Part shown: positions 1 through 11,821 of the stretch, piece after piece | Layout: each line of letters begins with the position of its first letter | Numbering within the stretch: position 1 is the first letter of the stretch | Source of the DNA: Octopus sinensis | Lineage: Eukaryota | Direction: 5' to 3' | Assembly (NCBI RefSeq): GCF_006345805.1 | Contig: NC_043011.1 | Span: 54,262,464-54,326,463 of the forward strand | DNA length: 64,000 nt | Notes under the pieces: model-generated | What the model was told of the DNA's origin: nothing | What the model saw: only the letters and a program-made list of their open reading frames with translations | The model's database searches: none | Position numbers and translations under genes: made by a program

Positions 1-136
1 TTAAATAAGAAATTATAATATTTTCAATGTCATGATTGGCGAAAGCGAAACACAATATAAAATATATTAAAACTATGTAAGGTGTGTGCATATATTCTTT
101 ATGTATGTGTGTGTATATATATATATATATAGACAC

Positions 137-295
137 AGGCGTAGCTGTGTAGTAAGAAACTTGCTTCCTAAACACATGGTTCCGGGTTCAATAACACTGC
201 GTGGCACCTTAGGCAAGTGTCTTTGTATTATAGCCTTAGGCCGACCAAAGCCTTGTGAGTGGATTTGGTACATGGAAACTAAAAGATGCCCGTCG

Positions 296-346
<51 letters not shown>

Positions 347-526
347 TGTGTGTGTGTGTGTGTGTGTGTATTTGTGTCTGTGTTTATGTCCCCGAACCTT
401 GGCGGTTCGGCAGAAGATGCCGATAGGATAAGTATTAGGCTTTATAAAGAATATGTCCTGGAGTCGATTTGTTTGACTAGAGGTGGTGCTCCACCATGGC
501 CGCAGTCAAATGACAAACTTGTTAAA

Positions 527-528
<2 letters not shown>
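137..528 (+). mobile_element. tRNA-derived SINE, family A (tRNA-like head, internal (TA)n(TG)n, conserved 3' half)
   Basis: Head aggcgtagctgtgtagtaag...ggttccgggttc, core gtggcaccttaggcaagtgtctt, 3' half ...ccatggccgcagtcaaatgac; matches many other copies in the window. Confidence 0.85.
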
Positions 529-570
<42 letters not shown>

Positions 571-575
571 TATTT

Positions 576-774
576 AAAAAAGATGTGGAACACGAGTTGT
601 GATATATAAAAAAAGGAAAAAAATGAAGAAAGCTGACAAAATAATTTAAGTAAGGGAGAGTGTATTTAATTAGGTGAAAGTTCTTTTTACCGGTTGCGCA
701 TTTGTTATGCTTATCAAAAGATATTTTTTAAAAGAGATAGAGTTCCTTTCTGATAGATTTTTTTCTCTTATCTA
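576..774 (-). mobile_element. Penelope-like pLTR-type fragment with degenerate hammerhead motif, flanked by (TA)n
   Basis: Minus strand reads TTGATAA-GCAT-aacaa-ATGC-GCAAC-CG-GTA; first 41 nt shared as an inverted repeat with the unit at 969. Confidence 0.5.
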
Positions 775-775
775 T

Positions 776-809
<34 letters not shown>

Positions 810-910
810 ATATACATATATACATATATAATATACATATACATATATATATAACTATACATATATATATACATATACATATATATATATACATATATAT
901 ATATAATACA

Positions 911-947
<37 letters not shown>

Positions 948-968
948 GTATATATATATATATATATA
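775..968. repeat. (TA)n-rich microsatellite between inverted arms
   Basis: Direct reading. Confidence 0.95.
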
Positions 969-1165
969 TAGATAAGAGAAAAAATCTATCAGAAAGGAAC
1001 TCTATCTCAAGAATTTTTGATGTAACACATGTCCTTGTGGAAGCTGTTGTGCGCGGCTGAAGAAGGCCACAGACATACCATTATGCATTGTTATAAATCT
1101 GTCTAATAAAGGCCCGAAACTTGTACCCGCTGAATCCTTGCATCATCATGTTTTTATTTTGATCA
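969..1165 (+). mobile_element. Penelope-like pLTR-type unit containing a minimal hammerhead ribozyme motif
   Basis: CTGAAGA-A-GGCC...GGCC-C-GAAAC-TT-GTA with stem I GCGCGG/CCCGC; bounded by TA tracts. Confidence 0.6.
1051..1130 (+). ncRNA. Minimal type I hammerhead ribozyme candidate
   Basis: Core CUGAAGA 1057-1063, GAAAC 1116-1120, GUA triplet 1123-1125, stem II GGCC/GGCC, stem I 5 bp with one bulge. Confidence 0.6.
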
Positions 1166-1290
1166 ATATATATATATATCTATATATATATATATATATA
1201 TAATATATATATAATATATATATATATATACATAATATAGGTATGTCTGTCTCTCTATCTACCGTCTATCGTGTGTATTTGTGTGTGTGT

Positions 1291-1500
1291 TTTTTACTCT
1301 TTACCTTTAAATGATTCCAGTCATTGGATTTCGGCTATGCTGGAGCAAAACTTTGAAAGGATTTTGACGAACAAATCAACTCCAGTATTAAGTCGGATAT
1401 ATTGATCCTACAGGTCGCTTTTGCCGAACTGCTAAATTACAGGAACATTAACAAGCCAACACCGGTTGTTAAACGGTGGGAGGCAAACACAAACACACAA
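1291..1500 (-). mobile_element. SINE family A 3' half, diverged
   Basis: Reverse complement of ...gctccagcatagccgaaatccaatgactg...aagagtaaaa. Confidence 0.7.
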
Positions 1501-1974
1501 ATGCACACATGGGAACGGCGTATTACCACCCAATCTGTCTACAAACACAGCCAGGCTGAAATAATTAATGCATTCTTCCAGGAGTGAATAAAAAATTCTC
1601 AAACTTGAGGGGATGGGCCCCTTAGATACTAACATGGGCCCCCATATATAGATTCTAATGGCGCAGGGGCCAACTTGCCATCGGGCAAGCTGGCAATCTG
1701 GCCAGTCCGCCACTACGGACAAGCATATGGGCGTACGTGTAATGCGTAAAATAATTTTTAACTACAAAGAATGTAAAGCCCTATAAATCAAAACGGAGGT
1801 TACATTTTGCTCACATTACGATTGTTAGTTTCGCCATATTGGTTCTTCGTGTAATAAATTTTATCATCCATTTAGTTTCGTTTCTTGACAAAACATATCA
1901 ATGAAGAATACTCTCGTATTATCTCTACAAAATATCTCTGTTATCTACAAAGTGTGTTACTTTATGTGATTGTG

Positions 1975-2294
1975 TGTGTGAGCGTGCACTTCAACACAAT
2001 ACACACACACACACATAGAAAACACACAAACACACACACACACACATATATATATAAACATATAGATATACATATGTACATATGCATGTATGTATATGTG
2101 TATATGTATGTCTATATGTACAGGTATACATATGTATACATGCATACATATTTACACATGTATATATATATATATATACACGCACACACATATATGTAAA
2201 TACATGCATGCAGACTGACACACACACGTAAACACACGCACGTATATTTTACATTATTTCATAGTACAATATATTATACATACAGCATATATGT

Positions 2295-2347
<53 letters not shown>

Positions 2348-2999
2348 GTAGATAGATAGATAGATATAGAAATATATATATTATATATATATATGTATGT
2401 ACGTATATATATGTATATATAAATATGAATTCATCTGCATATATATATATGCGTATATGTGTGTATAAACATATACATATATATAGATGTATATAAATGT
2501 ATATGTATATACATATATACATACACACACACACACACATACAGACATTGAACGGAATGGATGCTCGTTATGTTTACATCACCACAACTTATCTCTGATC
2601 AGGCATTTACGCCAATATTTTGATTTCTAAACATAATATAGAGATGTAGTATTTTTTTTCGCTAAATGAAGTGCCAAAATAATCGGAAATGCTATCGAAA
2701 TTCAGAATCTCTACAATTTTAAATGGCGAATTATTAGCAATAAGAGAATGACCAAACGATCGAAGAGGCGTGTTTCACAATAAACGGTAATTTGTAAATT
2801 TAAACGTCGATAATGGTTGTGCTAATATTTTAAAAATGGTTTCATCGTTGAGAATATCATAAGAAGAAGATAAAAAAAAAATTGTAAATATGAAAAAAAA
2901 ATAGGAAAAAAGGAGAAAGATTGACAAAATAAAAGTAAGAAATGAGTACAATTCTATACTTGAAGGCCTGCTGTAATATATGTGTGTGTGTGTGTATAT

Positions 3000-3052
<53 letters not shown>

Positions 3053-3491
3053 CACACACATTTATACAAGCATATAGATATATATATATGAAATACATAT
3101 ATATATATGTATACATATATACATACATGTACACACACACACATATTTATATGTATATACATACATATACACACATGCATACATATATATACATACATGC
3201 ATATATATACATACATACATACATATATATACATACATACATACACATACATACATACATACACATACATACATATATATATATATATACATACATACAT
3301 ACACATACATACATACATACATACACGTACATACACATACATGCATACATACATACACATACATACATACACACATACACCTGCATATATACACACACTT
3401 ACATACACACACATACATACATATACGTACACACATATACGTACACACTACACACATACGTACACACATACGTACAAACATACACACACAC

Positions 3492-3522
<31 letters not shown>

Positions 3523-3672
3523 CACATATATATATATACATATATCCACACACAAACATATATATATGTAAGTTAGTAAATGCATATACATATGTACATC
3601 CATATGTATGCATTTGTAGATATACATATATATCTGTCTGTCTTTCTATATCTCTTCCCCTCTCTCTCTCTG

Positions 3673-3749
<77 letters not shown>

Positions 3750-3760
3750 ATCTATCTCCT
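1975..3760. repeat. Compound (CA)n/(TA)n/(TACA)n/(TCTA)n microsatellite field with short unique inserts
   Basis: Direct reading; source of many YI/HT/CV pseudo-ORFs. Confidence 0.9.
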
Positions 3761-3924
3761 TCTCACCTTTGCTTACTCTTTCTGTCTTTATCTCCCTTAA
3801 TACTCGCCCGTGTCTCCTCATGTCGCCCTGTTTCACACCTCTCTCCGAGTACACGCACACTCACACTTTACATTTTTCCTTTATCCGCACCCTATGTCAC
3901 CACGTCTCTCTTAACAGTAGCAAG

Positions 3925-4036
3925 AAAGGTACTACTACAACCATCACCATCAATACCACCACCAGAACTACTACTACTAACTACTACTACTACTACTACT
4001 ACTACAACCATCACCATCAACACCACCACCAGAACT

Positions 4037-4085
<49 letters not shown>

Positions 4086-4855
4086 GCTGCTGCTGCTGTC
4101 ATTATAAAGATAACAAAATTATGGCCACTACAGCAACAACAATAATGATATCAGAAAATGTAAAAAAGGAGCAAGTTAAATGACATACGAGAAAAAAACC
4201 CCCCAAAATATACCGTAAACGGAGGAGCAACATCAAGAAGAAGAACAACAAAGAACTGAACACTACATAAGACACTACCGCCGCCAACATCACAACCATC
4301 ACCACCACCATCACCATAACCAATACCAATAACACCATCACTACCATCACCGCCACAATCACTACAGCCACCAGTACCAACATCACCACCGCCACCATCA
4401 CCACTTCCACAATCAAGACCACCACTACACCTCCCCCACCACAGTAATATTCACCACCCCAGTCACCACCGCCAACACCATCACCACCATCACAATGACA
4501 ATCACTACAATCACTACTACCACCACCAATGATAATCACCAACCTAGCACCACCACCACCACCACCACCACCACCACTACGGTTACAACAACAACAACAA
4601 CACAATCTGACATAATCTGTACTACAACATTAACTATCACAACTACCACGGAAACAACAACCACAATAACGATTCTAACAGCATCACAACAACAACAACA
4701 ACAACAACGTCAGCAACAACACCACCAACAACAATAACAACCACATAGCAAAGAAGAAGAAAAACAGCATCATCATCATCAGCAGCGGCATCATCATCAT
4801 CAGCAGCGGCATCATCATCATCAACTGCAGCACCTACAACAGTAACAACATCACC

Positions 4856-4887
<32 letters not shown>

Positions 4888-4920
4888 CCACAACGACTCC
4901 AAGAACAACAACAATATGAA
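3925..4920. repeat. Trinucleotide low-complexity field (ACT, CAC, CAA, CAT units)
   Basis: Direct reading. Confidence 0.9.
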
Positions 4921-5585
4921 TGATAAAAAAAGAAAATGTGTAAAATTTTCGCCCAACTCAGCGACAACCAATTGATTAGATGTTGAGTTATGAATATGAG
5001 GGGGCGGGGGGGGAATAGTAATGCTCTCCCCCACCCCCGCATCCCCACCCCCGTCGCCACTGCTCTCCTCAGTCTATAGAAATAGTACAGCAAATTACTA
5101 TATAGCTTATTGAATATTTTACATATTGGTTCTGCTGGCTGGTTCTTTGATCTGCCAGAACCGAGCGCAATATAAGCAGCCATTAGGCACGTATTAATCG
5201 GCAGTCGAACGTTAAGACGCAAAAAGGGACTTTTTTTTTTTAGGGAGTTTATGTGTGTGTGTGTGTATGTGTGTGTGTGTATGCGTGTATCAGAGAGAGA
5301 GAGAGAGGGATAGAAAGAGGAGAGAGACGAACGGATTATGGCCGGCACTATTATAATCTTCTACACATACATATATACATATAATATACATGCATACATA
5401 TATATTCATCTATATTCATACATATATATATGTATATATACACATATAAATATACACACACCATCACACGCATGTGTATCAGTATATATATACATTTATC
5501 ATATATATATGCGCATATACACACATGCGTACATAAATACACGCACACACACACACACATATATATATATATGTATATATATAAG

Positions 5586-5616
<31 letters not shown>

Positions 5617-5691
5617 AGGTACGTATATTTTGTATATCGGTTATGTATGAATATAAAATGTACAATTTATTTATATTCATGAAAGTGTGTG

Positions 5692-5744
<53 letters not shown>

Positions 5745-5961
5745 ACATATGTGTGTATGTATGTATCTATCTATATATATATAAATTATATATACATGAA
5801 TATATAGAGTCATATTTGGTTGTGTGTTTATATCTGTATATGTATGCGTATATATGTATACACGCATCCCCATGCACACACACACACACATATACATACA
5901 TACATATATACATACATACATACATATATACATACATACAACTGTCAGTGAGTGAACGCAC

Positions 5962-5993
<32 letters not shown>

Positions 5994-6199
5994 CCACATT
6001 CTAGTCAACAAGCAAGAGATGAACTGATATAGAGAAGTCTGTCCCAGCACAGAGGGAAACCACTCAGTGTAAGAGATGAAGCTACGGTGGTTGTCGACTG
6101 TTGATTGGTGAGTGACGTAGCGTCAGTTTAGTTTTTAGTATAGCGACTCCACTACTGTGGCGGCGGTTAGGCTCAGGGTTCTTAGTCAATTCAGATAGC

Positions 6200-6400
6200 T
6201 CTGTAAGGAGCATAGGATCGGTTTCCTGGTGTCGCTGGCGTATATATCCCTCCTGGACGATACGTCGGTCCGTCACAAGATTACTTATTACGCAACGTAA
6301 AACGAAGTGTTTTGCTGAGGAACAGGACGCGTCGCCTGGTCCCGGAATCGAAACTACAATATCATAATCAGTAAGCCATGTTCCTCCACTTACCTCTTAT
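6200..6400 (-). mobile_element. Diverged tRNA-derived SINE (family D-related)
   Basis: Minus strand gtttcgattccgggaccagg...gttcctcagcaaaacactt...cgttgc resembles the head and body of the 61588 element. Confidence 0.5.
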
Positions 6401-6414
6401 TTCGTTTGTCTTAT

Positions 6415-6700
6415 AACAAATGAGTGGAGGTGAAGACCTGGCTGCGGACTGTGATGTCTGGCGCCACACGATCTTCAACGCAGTCAGCAAGTCTGAGGAA
6501 CAAAGAAGAGACGCACTGAAAGACAAGAGACGCAGGAGGAAGGCGCGAGCCGCCTCTGACACCACACCGGATGTTACCTTCGTCTGTGGACACTGCTCAC
6601 AGATCTACCTTTCCCATATCGGACTTCTCAGTCATGAGCGTGCATGCACGCGACGCGGACAGCTTTCCTGATCTTCGTTGGCGAAGTTGAGCCATGATGA
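6415..6700 (+). mobile_element. RTE-clade LINE 3' end (C-terminal C2H2-like finger plus (ATG)n tail)
   Basis: Translation ...DKRRRRKARA...FVCGHCSQIYLSHIGLLSHERAC then stop and gttgagccatgatgatg tail, typical of RTE ORF2 ends. Confidence 0.8.
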
Positions 6701-6701
6701 T

Positions 6702-7080
6702 GGAGTTGCAATGGACCAGTAGTTAGGGCAGCAGACTGGCGGTCGTAGGATCACGGTTTCGATTCCCAGACAGGGTGTTGTGAGTGTTTATTGAGTGAAA
6801 ACACCTAAAGTTCACGAGGCTCTGGCAGGGGATAGTGGCGAACCCTGCTGTACTCTTTTACTACAACTTTCTCTCACTCTTTCTTCGTGTTTCTGTTGTA
6901 CCTGTATTTCAAGAGGGCCAACCTTGTCACACTCTGTGTCACGCTGAATCTCCCCGAGAACTACGTTAAGGGTACACGTGTCTGTGGAGTGCTCAGCCAC
7001 TTGCACGTTAATTTCACGAGCAGGCTGTTCCGTTGATCAAATCAACTGGAACCCTCGTCGTCGTAACCGACGGAGTGCCA
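6702..7080 (+). mobile_element. tRNA-derived SINE, family C
   Basis: Head gcaatggaccagtagttagggcagcagact...ggtttcgattcccagac; same family at 25628 and 31604. Confidence 0.85.
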
Positions 7081-7194
7081 CGGTATGTATAATAAATGAG
7101 AAGTGAATAATAATTATAAATGAAAAAGAAAATTAATGCTCATTAATATTTGTCTTTTAGTGAACTTATTATTTGCCAATTCACACTGGAGCAG

Positions 7195-7463
7195 ATAATG
7201 TAGGGCAGGGGCTAGAGGTGATCAGTTGCTCGCAAAGTCATACATCAGGGTTGCTGCATTTGAGCAACCCAGGCAAGCCCAAGAAATCCAGCGCCATCAA
7301 ATCCCCAAGTACGAGCATCACTCCTTGTCCACACTGTCTGGGAACATTCCAGACACGGTATGATTAGTCCTCAACGCACACAAACCCCACAATGCCCAAC
7401 TCGAATCCGACTCCGCAATCTCAGGTTGATTGGATGGTCCTCGTCGCTTTGACGGACGAACAT
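7195..7463 (+). mobile_element. RTE-clade LINE 3' fragment, second family, frameshifted
   Basis: AAFEQ...PCPHCLGTF...(L)VLNAH-like remnant; ends ggtcctcgtcgctttgacggacgaac. Confidence 0.65.
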
Positions 7464-7921
7464 TCAGTGAATTTGGCAAAAATCTAGACCTCAGTATAGC
7501 CTTAAAGGGGGTTGACTTCATGTAGGTCCATATTAACGTTTATACCGACCACGGTGATGTACCAATAAAACTCACAAAAAAAGCCAAAAAAAAAAACAAA
7601 CGGAGAGCAATTGTGGGTGAGGAAGAGTTCAGCAATGTGGAGGAGAGTGATGGTGCTAGGGACGGAAGTGATGATGAAAGGGGTCGGAAGTGAAGGAATC
7701 ATTTAAAAACTGAGAGGCCATGGTACCGGAGGGTGTAAGATGTAATACATGAGATTGTGCCCAATTGGAGACGTTTGCTTCGGGTTGTGGTGGGTTGTCT
7801 TTGGGTAGTTTGTTATAGAAAAGTGGATAAGTCGGTTCCATCGACGCCGGAAGAATGAAAAACAAAATCGACCTCGATTGAATTTGAACTCAGAAAGTAA
7901 ACACCGACGAAGTAGCACTAA

Positions 7922-8320
7922 GCAGGAGTGGCTGTGTGGTAAGTAGCTTGCTAACCAACCACATGGTTCCGGGTTCAGTCCCACTGCGTTGCAAATTGGG
8001 CAAGTGTCTTCTACTATAGCCTCGGGCCGACCAATGCCTTGTGAGTGGATTTGGTAGACGGAAACTGAAAGAAGCCCGTCGTATATATGTATATATATAT
8101 ATGTGTGTGTGTGAGTTTGTGTATCTGTGTTTGTCCCTCCAACATCGCTTGATAACCGATGGTGGTGTGTTTATGTCCCCGTAACTTAGCGGTTCGACAA
8201 AAGAGACCGATAGAATAAGTACTAGGCTTACTAAGAATCAGTCCTGGGGTCGATTTGCTCGACTAAAGGCGGTGCTCCAGCATGGCCGCAGTCAAATGAC
8301 TGAAACAAGTAAAAGAGTAA
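7922..8320 (+). mobile_element. SINE family A, near full length
   Basis: Head, internal microsatellite, 3' half and gtaaaagag tail all present. Confidence 0.9.
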
Positions 8321-8469
8321 ATAGTAAGCATATATTGTTGAAGAGACTTCTGTGTGTAGAAGTCAGAGTTATACTGTCATTACATTGAGGACTGAATTAT
8401 CGCCACCACACTTCCTTGATAACAATCTGATAGCTTTATGTCTTACACGAACACGTGTCACATTGCTGG

Positions 8470-8700
8470 ACAGTTGATGTCTATTGTATCTGACATCTCG
8501 TGGTCAGCTGTCTAGATATCAGCCACCTCCATCTGTCCACTTCCATCCGCAACAATATTCTCCACCTCCGCCCCTACTCCTTACTCGGCCACTTCACTCT
8601 TCCATCATAGACGAATGAAAATCCATCCGTCCAGACTCCCAATTGCTCCGATGTCGCCGCTGATCCACAGCATCACAGCATTCGAAGAGAATCTCGCTCG
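8470..8700 (+). mobile_element. Penelope-like element reverse transcriptase remnant
   Basis: Frameshifted translation VSDIS..SCLDI..LSTSI...KSI.PDSQLLRCRR resembles the PLE RT C-terminal pattern ISDTS.PFLD...LSTS.HYKPTD..K.SIP.SQ.LRLRRICS (recalled consensus). Confidence 0.55.
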
Positions 8701-8764
8701 ATTGCGGATCGGAAGGCAAGGACATCAGCTACGCTACTGCTCCTCTACTCTGTGTACAGTCGCA

Positions 8765-9200
8765 TGCACACACACACACACATTCACCCACACACACATT
8801 CACTTACACACACATTCACTCACGCACACGCACACGCACTCACACACACTCACACACACTCGCACTCACACACACTCGCACACACACTCACACCATCGCA
8901 CACGCACTCACTCGCACACGCACTCACTGGCACACTCACACACACAAACACATACGCACACATACAAACACATACGCACACATACAAACACACACACGTA
9001 CATACACGTACACACATACACGCACACACGCATATACACCCACACGCACACATGTACACGCACACATGTACACGCACACGTACTCACACTCACACACGCG
9101 TACACTACCATACATACACGCACACACTACCACACACACACACTCGCACACATACACACACACGCGCATAACCCCCCGACACACACTAACACACACACGA
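8765..9200. repeat. Degenerate (CA)n/(CACT)n/(CACG)n microsatellite
   Basis: Direct reading. Confidence 0.9.
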
Positions 9201-9254
9201 CGTGCTTCCTCCGAATATATTTCGACCATTACACTTAAATACCTTAATTAACAA

Positions 9255-9655
9255 TAATTTAATGGGAATAGAGATAAACAAGTGGAAAGGCTTAAATACT
9301 TCAGAACCAAAAGGGAATCTGAATTCGATGCTAGAATTGCAGGAGGTGGCACAGTAATGCCCCAGCTGCAGCATTCGGTTCCCAGAAGTGTAGAGATTGG
9401 TACAAAAACCAAACTTGCTATCTTCAATCCTGTTTTCGCGCCTATCGTCCCTTATGATCATAAGTGCTTGGTAATGACCAAAAGAGTATAATCTCTTATA
9501 CAAGCGACCGAAATGGAGTCCCTCCGAGTTCCATTACTCGTCAGAATGTATCGTTCGGAGATCAAGGAGTGTTTCCATGTTGAGCCGCTACTTCTCCGCA
9601 ATGAAAAACCACATCTCCAGCACTACGGATATATGATTAGAATACGAAAATACCT
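9255..9655 (+). mobile_element. Rex3/Expander-like RTE LINE fragment (post-RT region)
   Basis: EFDARIAGGGTVM...KTKLAIFNPVFAPIVPYDHKCLVMTKRV*SLIQATEM...VEPLLLR matches the Rex3-type DARI..ASAVMR...KAKL.I..S..VP.LTYGHE.WVMT.R...IQA.EM pattern. Confidence 0.8.
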
Positions 9656-9944
9656 GTGAAGAATCAAAACCAGCTCTACCTTAAGCAGGGATACAAAGTA
9701 AGTGTTAATGAGAAGTGTTTGTGGAAATGACCAGGAAATAAAGATTCAATTACAATACATAAATAGAAATACATGTGTGTGTGTGTATGTGTGTGTGTGT
9801 GTGTTTTATAAAGTTTTTAATGCCTAAAATGGTTTACAAGGTGAAATTCCTCAGTTTGAGCACACGGTCTGGGATCAAATGTTACTCCAGTATCTATATA
9901 TCTATTTAATAATATTCGATACAAAAGAGAGACATAGGATGGAT

Positions 9945-9945
9945 G

Positions 9946-9976
<31 letters not shown>

Positions 9977-10005
9977 TATATAGATAGATTATATAGATAG
10001 ATTAT

Positions 10006-10041
<36 letters not shown>

Positions 10042-10070
10042 GATAGATAGAGAGAGATAGATAGAGAGAG

Positions 10071-10105
<35 letters not shown>

Positions 10106-10199
10106 GAGAGATAGAGAGAGATAGGATAGATTGAGAGATAGAGATAGGATTGATAGATAGAGAGATAAGATAGATAGATAGATAGATAGATAGATATAG

Positions 10200-10240
<41 letters not shown>

Positions 10241-10350
10241 TAGATAGAGATAGAGAGAGATAGAGAGATAGATAGATAGGATAGAGAGAGATAGATAGAT
10301 AGAGAGATAGATAGAGAAAGAGAGAGATATAGAGAAATAGATAGATAGAC
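9945..10350. repeat. (TAGA)n/(GA)n microsatellite next to assembly gap
   Basis: Direct reading. Confidence 0.95.
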
Positions 10351-10388
10351 GGGCAGAGAAGAAAAGAGAAACAGAGAATGTAAAACAA

Positions 10389-10488
10389 NNNNNNNNNNNN
10401 NNNNNNNNNNNNNNNNNNNNNNNNNNNNNNNNNNNNNNNNNNNNNNNNNNNNNNNNNNNNNNNNNNNNNNNNNNNNNNNNNNNNNNNN
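10389..10488. other. Assembly gap, 100 N
   Basis: Run of N. Confidence 1.
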
Positions 10489-10676
10489 CTAGCAAGGTCA
10501 AGCGGCTGACCTCCCTGTTCGAAGGTTGTAATGGACGCAGGTTCGTGTGTCATATAGCTAGCTAGAGGCGATGGCCTCTTGGAGCTAATCAGCGACAGCT
10601 TTAGTCTTATTTATAGACTGCCATATTAGTATGGCGATAACTATTAATATAATATATATATATATAATATATATAT

Positions 10677-10835
10677 ACGACGGGCTTCTTTCAGTTTCCG
10701 TCTACCAAATCCACTCACAAGGCTTGGTCGCCGGAGGCTATAGTAGAAGAACTTGCCCAAGGTGCCACGCAGTGGGACTGAACCCAGAACCATGTGGTGG
10801 TAAGCAAGCTACTTACCACACAGCCACTCCTGCGC

Positions 10836-10836
<1 letters not shown>
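10677..10836 (-). mobile_element. SINE family A 5' half
   Basis: Reverse complement of family A head. Confidence 0.85.
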
Positions 10837-10849
<13 letters not shown>

Positions 10850-10872
<23 letters not shown>

Positions 10873-11368
10873 TCTAGTTGTGTGAGTGTCTGTCCCCTTC
10901 GATTTAGATTCCGAACTCCTCCCACATTTTGCGGTGCAGTTTAACAAATTCGGGTATCTTATAGTCGTTATTAATATCGAGCCCGTCTGGCTATTAGCGC
11001 GCGTCTACGATGAGTCTACGATCTTTAAAATAATTTAACAACATTTTTTATTCCATTTTAATGCATAATTTTCGTGTGTCGATGGCGGCCGGAGTTGGCG
11101 TCCACGCTCACAGCTGCACCTGTTGGCTTCTTCCCCCCTTCCAGTCTTCCTCCCTGAAGCTGGGGGAAGGTAGTGTAAGGAAAAATCAACGTCGTAAAGC
11201 GTTGTCAAGGAGACCAGCGTTCTTTTAGAACAACGACTCATGGCTTGATGACACCAAACAGAAATGGCTAAGAAAGCCCGAATTGGCATATATAATGGAA
11301 GTAAGTCTCTAAAAATGCTTTATATAGTTATTTCCTTACAAACGAGCAACGCCGGGCGATACTGCTAG
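10850..11368 (+). mobile_element. Non-autonomous Helitron-like element
   Basis: 5' tatatataaaactctagttgtgtgagtgtctgtc; 3' acgagcaacgccgggcgatactgCTAG followed by T; no TIR or TSD. Confidence 0.55.
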
Positions 11369-11781
11369 TAGATATATTATAATATAATATATAATATATA
11401 TAATGTTGTACTTATCTATACTTTGTATATACTGTGTGAAACTGAGTGAAATGGCGAGTGCATATAACAATCATCAGAGGAGTGCATTGTACACCTTGGA
11501 TGTAAAATAATGATGGCACAAACGTCTTACCTATGTACAACAGGTGTAGAGTGCGTCGAAACAACTGTAGTAGTTCTATTAAAGAATGTCGTTAATTCCA
11601 TTTTCTTTCATTTTTCTATTAAGACACACACACACGCACAAAACACACCAAACACCACACACCACAACACACACACACACAGCTATGTACACAGATAGAT
11701 AGATGGACAGACAGATAGGTAGACAGGCAGACAGATAGATATATATACGTCAGACAGATAGACAGATAGATAGATAGATTA

Positions 11782-11821
<40 letters not shown>

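Noticed and set aside
1656-1715. Small GC-rich inverted repeat resembling hAT termini
   Set aside because: Only 12/16 arm identity and no TSD; too weak to call.
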